DNA of 64,000 nucleotides from Giardia intestinalis (Eukaryota): NCBI GenBank assembly GCA_000002435.2, contig CM018793.1; one strand, 5' to 3'. Shown piece by piece: positions 60,443 to 64,000 of this stretch (position 1 is its first letter; each line of letters starts with the position of its first letter). The notes under the pieces were generated by a model. It saw only the letters and a program-made list of their open reading frames with translations, ran no database searches and was not told where the DNA came from. The position numbers and the translations under genes were made by a program.

Positions 60443-62413
60443 ATGAGTAGGAACACCACGTACCGTCTCATGTCGCAGACCAATGTAGACCCCAAGGACA
60501 TACCATTCATGCCGGGCACTGCATTTCCAGATCCTCACCGCACAAATTTCCCCGTGTCTCATTCTCTTGACATGGACCATAGGATCAAGACTCACGACGA
60601 CGAGAAGGCTCTTGCCGCACCAACAGGTCTAACGTCGGCATACACAGCTACTCTTGCTCCTATTGATTACGATGAGCGACGGGCTCTCCGCACAACTTGG
60701 ACGATGCGTCAACCCGCGGACTATCTTCAGTGGGGAGAGGGTCACACAAAGTCGATGACTGTTCGGGGTGAGTTTCTTCGCACAACTCGAGGGGCAATTG
60801 GATGCAGGACTAACTCATTAAATGCACTGATGGCATCGGGAGTACGACCGGATGCGACTCTTCTTCCGCGCACCCATGAAGAGGAGCGCCAGTTTGCTAG
60901 AAGCATACCAAAGTTCAAGCCTGAGCACGCTGTCCTCGACAGAGTGGTAATGCGCTTTTTCGCCTGGTTTATGGAAGATGTCTTTGAGTCCCAGTCCGAA
61001 AAGCGTCGTATCAGACACGTCTTTATTGACTACTACCTTGCGGACCGGACAATCCAGATTCAGGAACGCCCAGTCAAGAACTCTGGTATTCCACAGGGAG
61101 ACCTTGTTAAACGCCACCGCATTCCCCGTGATCACCGCGACGCATCTGCCGGATTTCTTAGCCTCGAGGATCTTCGTGTGGGTGACGCAGTCTGCATCTA
61201 TTCAAAGGTGTTTTACATCTATGGATGCAACGACTCCACGCGTCAGTTCCTGGAGTGCCAAGCCGCTCCGGGAGAAGTGATTCCACCGAACCTCCCCCCA
61301 GAAAGCATTCCTCAGGATCCTTATCTTGCAGAGCGTCAAGCCACTGAGATAGCGGTCATGCGCAAGACGCATGTCACACAGCACGTCCCCGAAGAGAAGC
61401 TGGCCAAGTTTCTGCGTCATGATCGTGAGGTGCTTCGCTTCTATGCTATTTGGGACAATAGGCACTTGGTCTACGGTGAGCTTCGCCAACTCATAATTCA
61501 TTTCTTCCTGGCAGATGATACCGTAGAGGTTTTGGAAGTCTTGCCACAGAATTCTGGCCGTGATCCATTCCCAGCCTTTCTTCGCAGGCAAAAGGTTCCG
61601 AAGCAGCACACGATGACGCAGTTCGCCGAGCATTCCCTCGTCACCAACGAGTTCTTCGGGGCCAGGGACTTCCGGATTGGGTCAGTGGTCTCAATCTACG
61701 GACGTCCTGTATATATTTATGACTGCGACAATTACACCCGCGAATACATGGTCAGGGAACTGGGTTATCCGCCTCAGGCCGTTCAGCCCATTAATAAGCA
61801 AGAGCTCATAGGCACTCCCGCGCAGCAGATGTCACTTACACAGCCTGCTAATCTCATGGGTAAAACACGAGCAGACATGTCTGCGCTCTTCCCAGCTGAT
61901 ATCCACCATATCGGGGCTGATGTGGATACCGTCGGCAGCTGCATCTCCATCCATCCGGATGCCCCACGCACGGACGTTCTTCGGTGGATCAAGTTTGGCA
62001 ATCTTTGCCTGAGGTTCCTTGCCAAGTTTGCCCCCTGTGATTGTAACAAACCCGTCCACATCACTCAGGCTGACAGGCAGTTTGTTATTTCTTATTTCTT
62101 TAGCGACGGCACTGTTTCTGTTTTTGAGCCGACTGAGACCACAACTCCTGGTTTTGGGTACAAGTTCCTGGAGCGCTCCCGGATCGTGAACGAAGCCGCC
62201 ACCGAGGCCCAAGACCTCGCAGGCACCGGGCTCCAAAGCAAAAAGAAGATCTACATAGACTTTACTGATCTTGATGTAGGAAAAGTGGTGGTTCTTAACG
62301 CACATTGCTTTGAAATTGTAGAGGCAGATGAGCGAACAAAGCGTATCGTGGAGGCATTGCGACAAGTGGACAACGACCTGAACAGATTTGATCCCAAGCC
62401 TTTCTTTGACTAA
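60443..62413 (+). CDS. EFHC: EFHC1/EFHC2 (Rib72-like) protein with three DM10 domains; an axonemal microtubule inner protein.
   Basis: [57 protein letters not shown] aligns with human EFHC1 [57 protein letters not shown]. The first and third DM10 domains are also recognisable. No C-terminal EF-hand was seen. Confidence 0.9.
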   Translation: [656 protein letters not shown]

Positions 62414-62483
62414 GTCATTATGGTTACTTAAGTAAAGAACTTGCATAGTCTGTATTGAGTGATGTAATGTGCAGCAACCGCGA

Positions 62484-63863
62484 CTAATCTCCGCTGTTTG
62501 CTGGTGCAAAGATGGATCTTATGCACCTTGTACAGCAGTTTGGCGGCTTCTGTGGCGTGTTCTCCTCTGTTTCAAGATACTCAAACGTTCCTGTGACCCA
62601 TTGGTTTAAATGCTCCTTGCCTTCCTCGACCTTGTAGCTCTTGCGTAAAAGACATATCATATTAGGTGTGATGTCCTGACCCATTGCTGCCCAAATAATT
62701 CTATCGAGATTACTGGCAAAAAGGATTGTCAGAACAATTATCACAATTGGAAAATAGTTTGAGAAGTCCATGCCCATGATGGGTATCGCACTCATTTGAG
62801 CCATAACTGTTCCGTACGCAGTGTCAAACTGAATGTTGAGCAAGAGCATCAGATTCCACCCCAAAGGAAATATATACGTTGGCACCCGAGCGATGATGAA
62901 CAGAAGAGACATAATGTCTGTGGAGTGCTTCACAAGACGATAGATATTGAAAAACCGAAGGTTGAGCAGGGCGCATTGAAGATATGCAACCAAAAGTCCA
63001 AAGATAGCATAGACAAGAACTAATCTGGCACTAGCAGAGCTCGTATCAGTGACATAATTGTAGAGAACCAGCAAGGGGGAATGGGCTGCAAATGCCTCTA
63101 TGGGAGACATCAGCTCAGACAGGACTAGAACGACCGAAAAGAATACAAAGATCATGGCTACCAGCATCAACAAAAGCGAGCGAAAATACTTAATGTACAA
63201 GAAACTCATCTTTCCTAAGCACCTACTCCCCAGCACCTTAGCCCAATACGGGTTAAGGTTTGGCTGACCCATCAGATCATGTAGAGTACTGCCTTTTTTA
63301 CGGCAATTAACGAGCATTTCATAATAGTTTCTCTGCACAACCAGATACTCCATTGCACCATGCTCACGCATAGCATTCCAGTACAAGAACTTCAACTTGA
63401 AGTTGGACTTTTCAACAAGCTTTAAGCCCTGGACAACAGAGGTAGTGATGGTCCTCCGTGGTCCTCCATGACAGTTACAGCTGCAGAAGGGCATGTCCAC
63501 CGTCGTGGGGCCGCTCGGAAACTTCACCAACCGCCCAGCCAACTTTACTTCTGGTGTACAGTAGTCCGAGACAGGCCTCTCTGTTGGGCTTTCTACGAGG
63601 TGCGCGTCAGTCGCGGAAGATGTGTTCTCGGCCTCTGTCTTTCCACCAAGAAACTTAGATGAAGACATCTCAATAGAATCTTCTGTGAGAGCGCTGGACC
63701 CTCGTTGCTGAGAATTGGCACTAGCCCCTGATAAGCGTGAGAACTGTGTTGATGTCCTGCATTCAACTATGGTTTTTTCTTTAACCTCATGGAACAAATT
63801 GCAAGTAGAATCTGACTTGATGTTGGAATGATGACTCCTTGGTGGGAGGGGAACGTTTTTCAT
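62484..63863 (-). CDS. Hypothetical multi-pass membrane protein with a Ser-rich soluble N-terminal half.
   Basis: The track start at 63986 is GTG, directly after an in-frame stop; the first ATG is at 63861-63863. The C-terminal half has at least 5 hydrophobic spans. The true start is uncertain. Confidence 0.4.
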   Translation of the reverse strand: MKNVPLPPRSHHSNIKSDSTCNLFHEVKEKTIVECRTSTQFSRLSGASANSQQRGSSALTEDSIEMSSSKFLGGKTEAENTSSATDAHLVESPTERPVSDYCTPEVKLAGRLVKFPSGPTTVDMPFCSCNCHGGPRRTITTSVVQGLKLVEKSNFKLKFLYWNAMREHGAMEYLVVQRNYYEMLVNCRKKGSTLHDLMGQPNLNPYWAKVLGSRCLGKMSFLYIKYFRSLLLMLVAMIFVFFSVVLVLSELMSPIEAFAAHSPLLVLYNYVTDTSSASARLVLVYAIFGLLVAYLQCALLNLRFFNIYRLVKHSTDIMSLLFIIARVPTYIFPLGWNLMLLLNIQFDTAYGTVMAQMSAIPIMGMDFSNYFPIVIIVLTILFASNLDRIIWAAMGQDITPNMICLLRKSYKVEEGKEHLNQWVTGTFEYLETEENTPQKPPNCCTRCIRSIFAPANSGD

Positions 63864-64000
63864 TTGGCGGGTGTTGTTCTGAACACCGGAACTGGAAGAG
63901 ACCTGATCTGGAAGAACAGGGGCACTCTGATACAACTTATTGGACTCACAATTGGACGAATACAAAACCTTTGCCGAAGATGGCACTTTAGCAGAACCCC

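Noticed and set aside
1-64000. A prokaryotic interpretation: operons, CRISPR arrays, IS elements or a defence system.
   Set aside because: The gene content is unambiguously eukaryotic (ribosomal eL20/eS7, Pol III RPC34, Sm, DNAI2, EFHC, NEK-ankyrin, VSP). No direct-repeat and spacer arrays or transposase-like ORFs are present.

Overview
This window reads as nuclear DNA from a Giardia-like diplomonad: eukaryotic, compact and apparently intronless, not prokaryotic. The main evidence is a variant-specific surface protein (VSP) gene with the hallmark CXXC/GGCY repeats, a C-terminal membrane anchor and the invariant CRGKA tail. A second high-cysteine membrane protein (HCMP) and a VSP-like ORF with no start codon and no anchor support this, as do an NEK-like kinase fused to ankyrin repeats (Giardia 'Protein 21.1' type), axonemal proteins (DNAI2, EFHC/Rib72) and AT-rich initiator regions just upstream of ATGs. 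I call about 35 protein-coding genes on both strands, mostly housekeeping or axonemal. They include RPC34, CCA-adding enzyme, a sirtuin, RPS7, RPL18A, LSm, RRP8, GlnRS, acyl-CoA synthetase, AMMECR1, NAD synthetase, class-3 lipase, cathepsin L-like protease, an IMPase-family phosphatase and a Brr2-like helicase. The ORF track uses GTG/TTG as starts, so I re-anchored several CDS to the first in-frame ATG. The most unusual structure is at the left edge. The VSP gene sits inside a 1.83-kb segment bounded by a perfect 70-bp inverted repeat (1-70 / 1765-1834) that ends in a nested palindrome. A ~4.1-kb stretch with no credible ORF follows it. A second GC-rich cysteine-repeat ORF (44958-46748) lacks an ATG, a signal peptide and a membrane anchor. 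I could not scan reliably for tRNAs or small RNAs by eye. CRISPR and bacterial mobile elements are not expected and none were seen.
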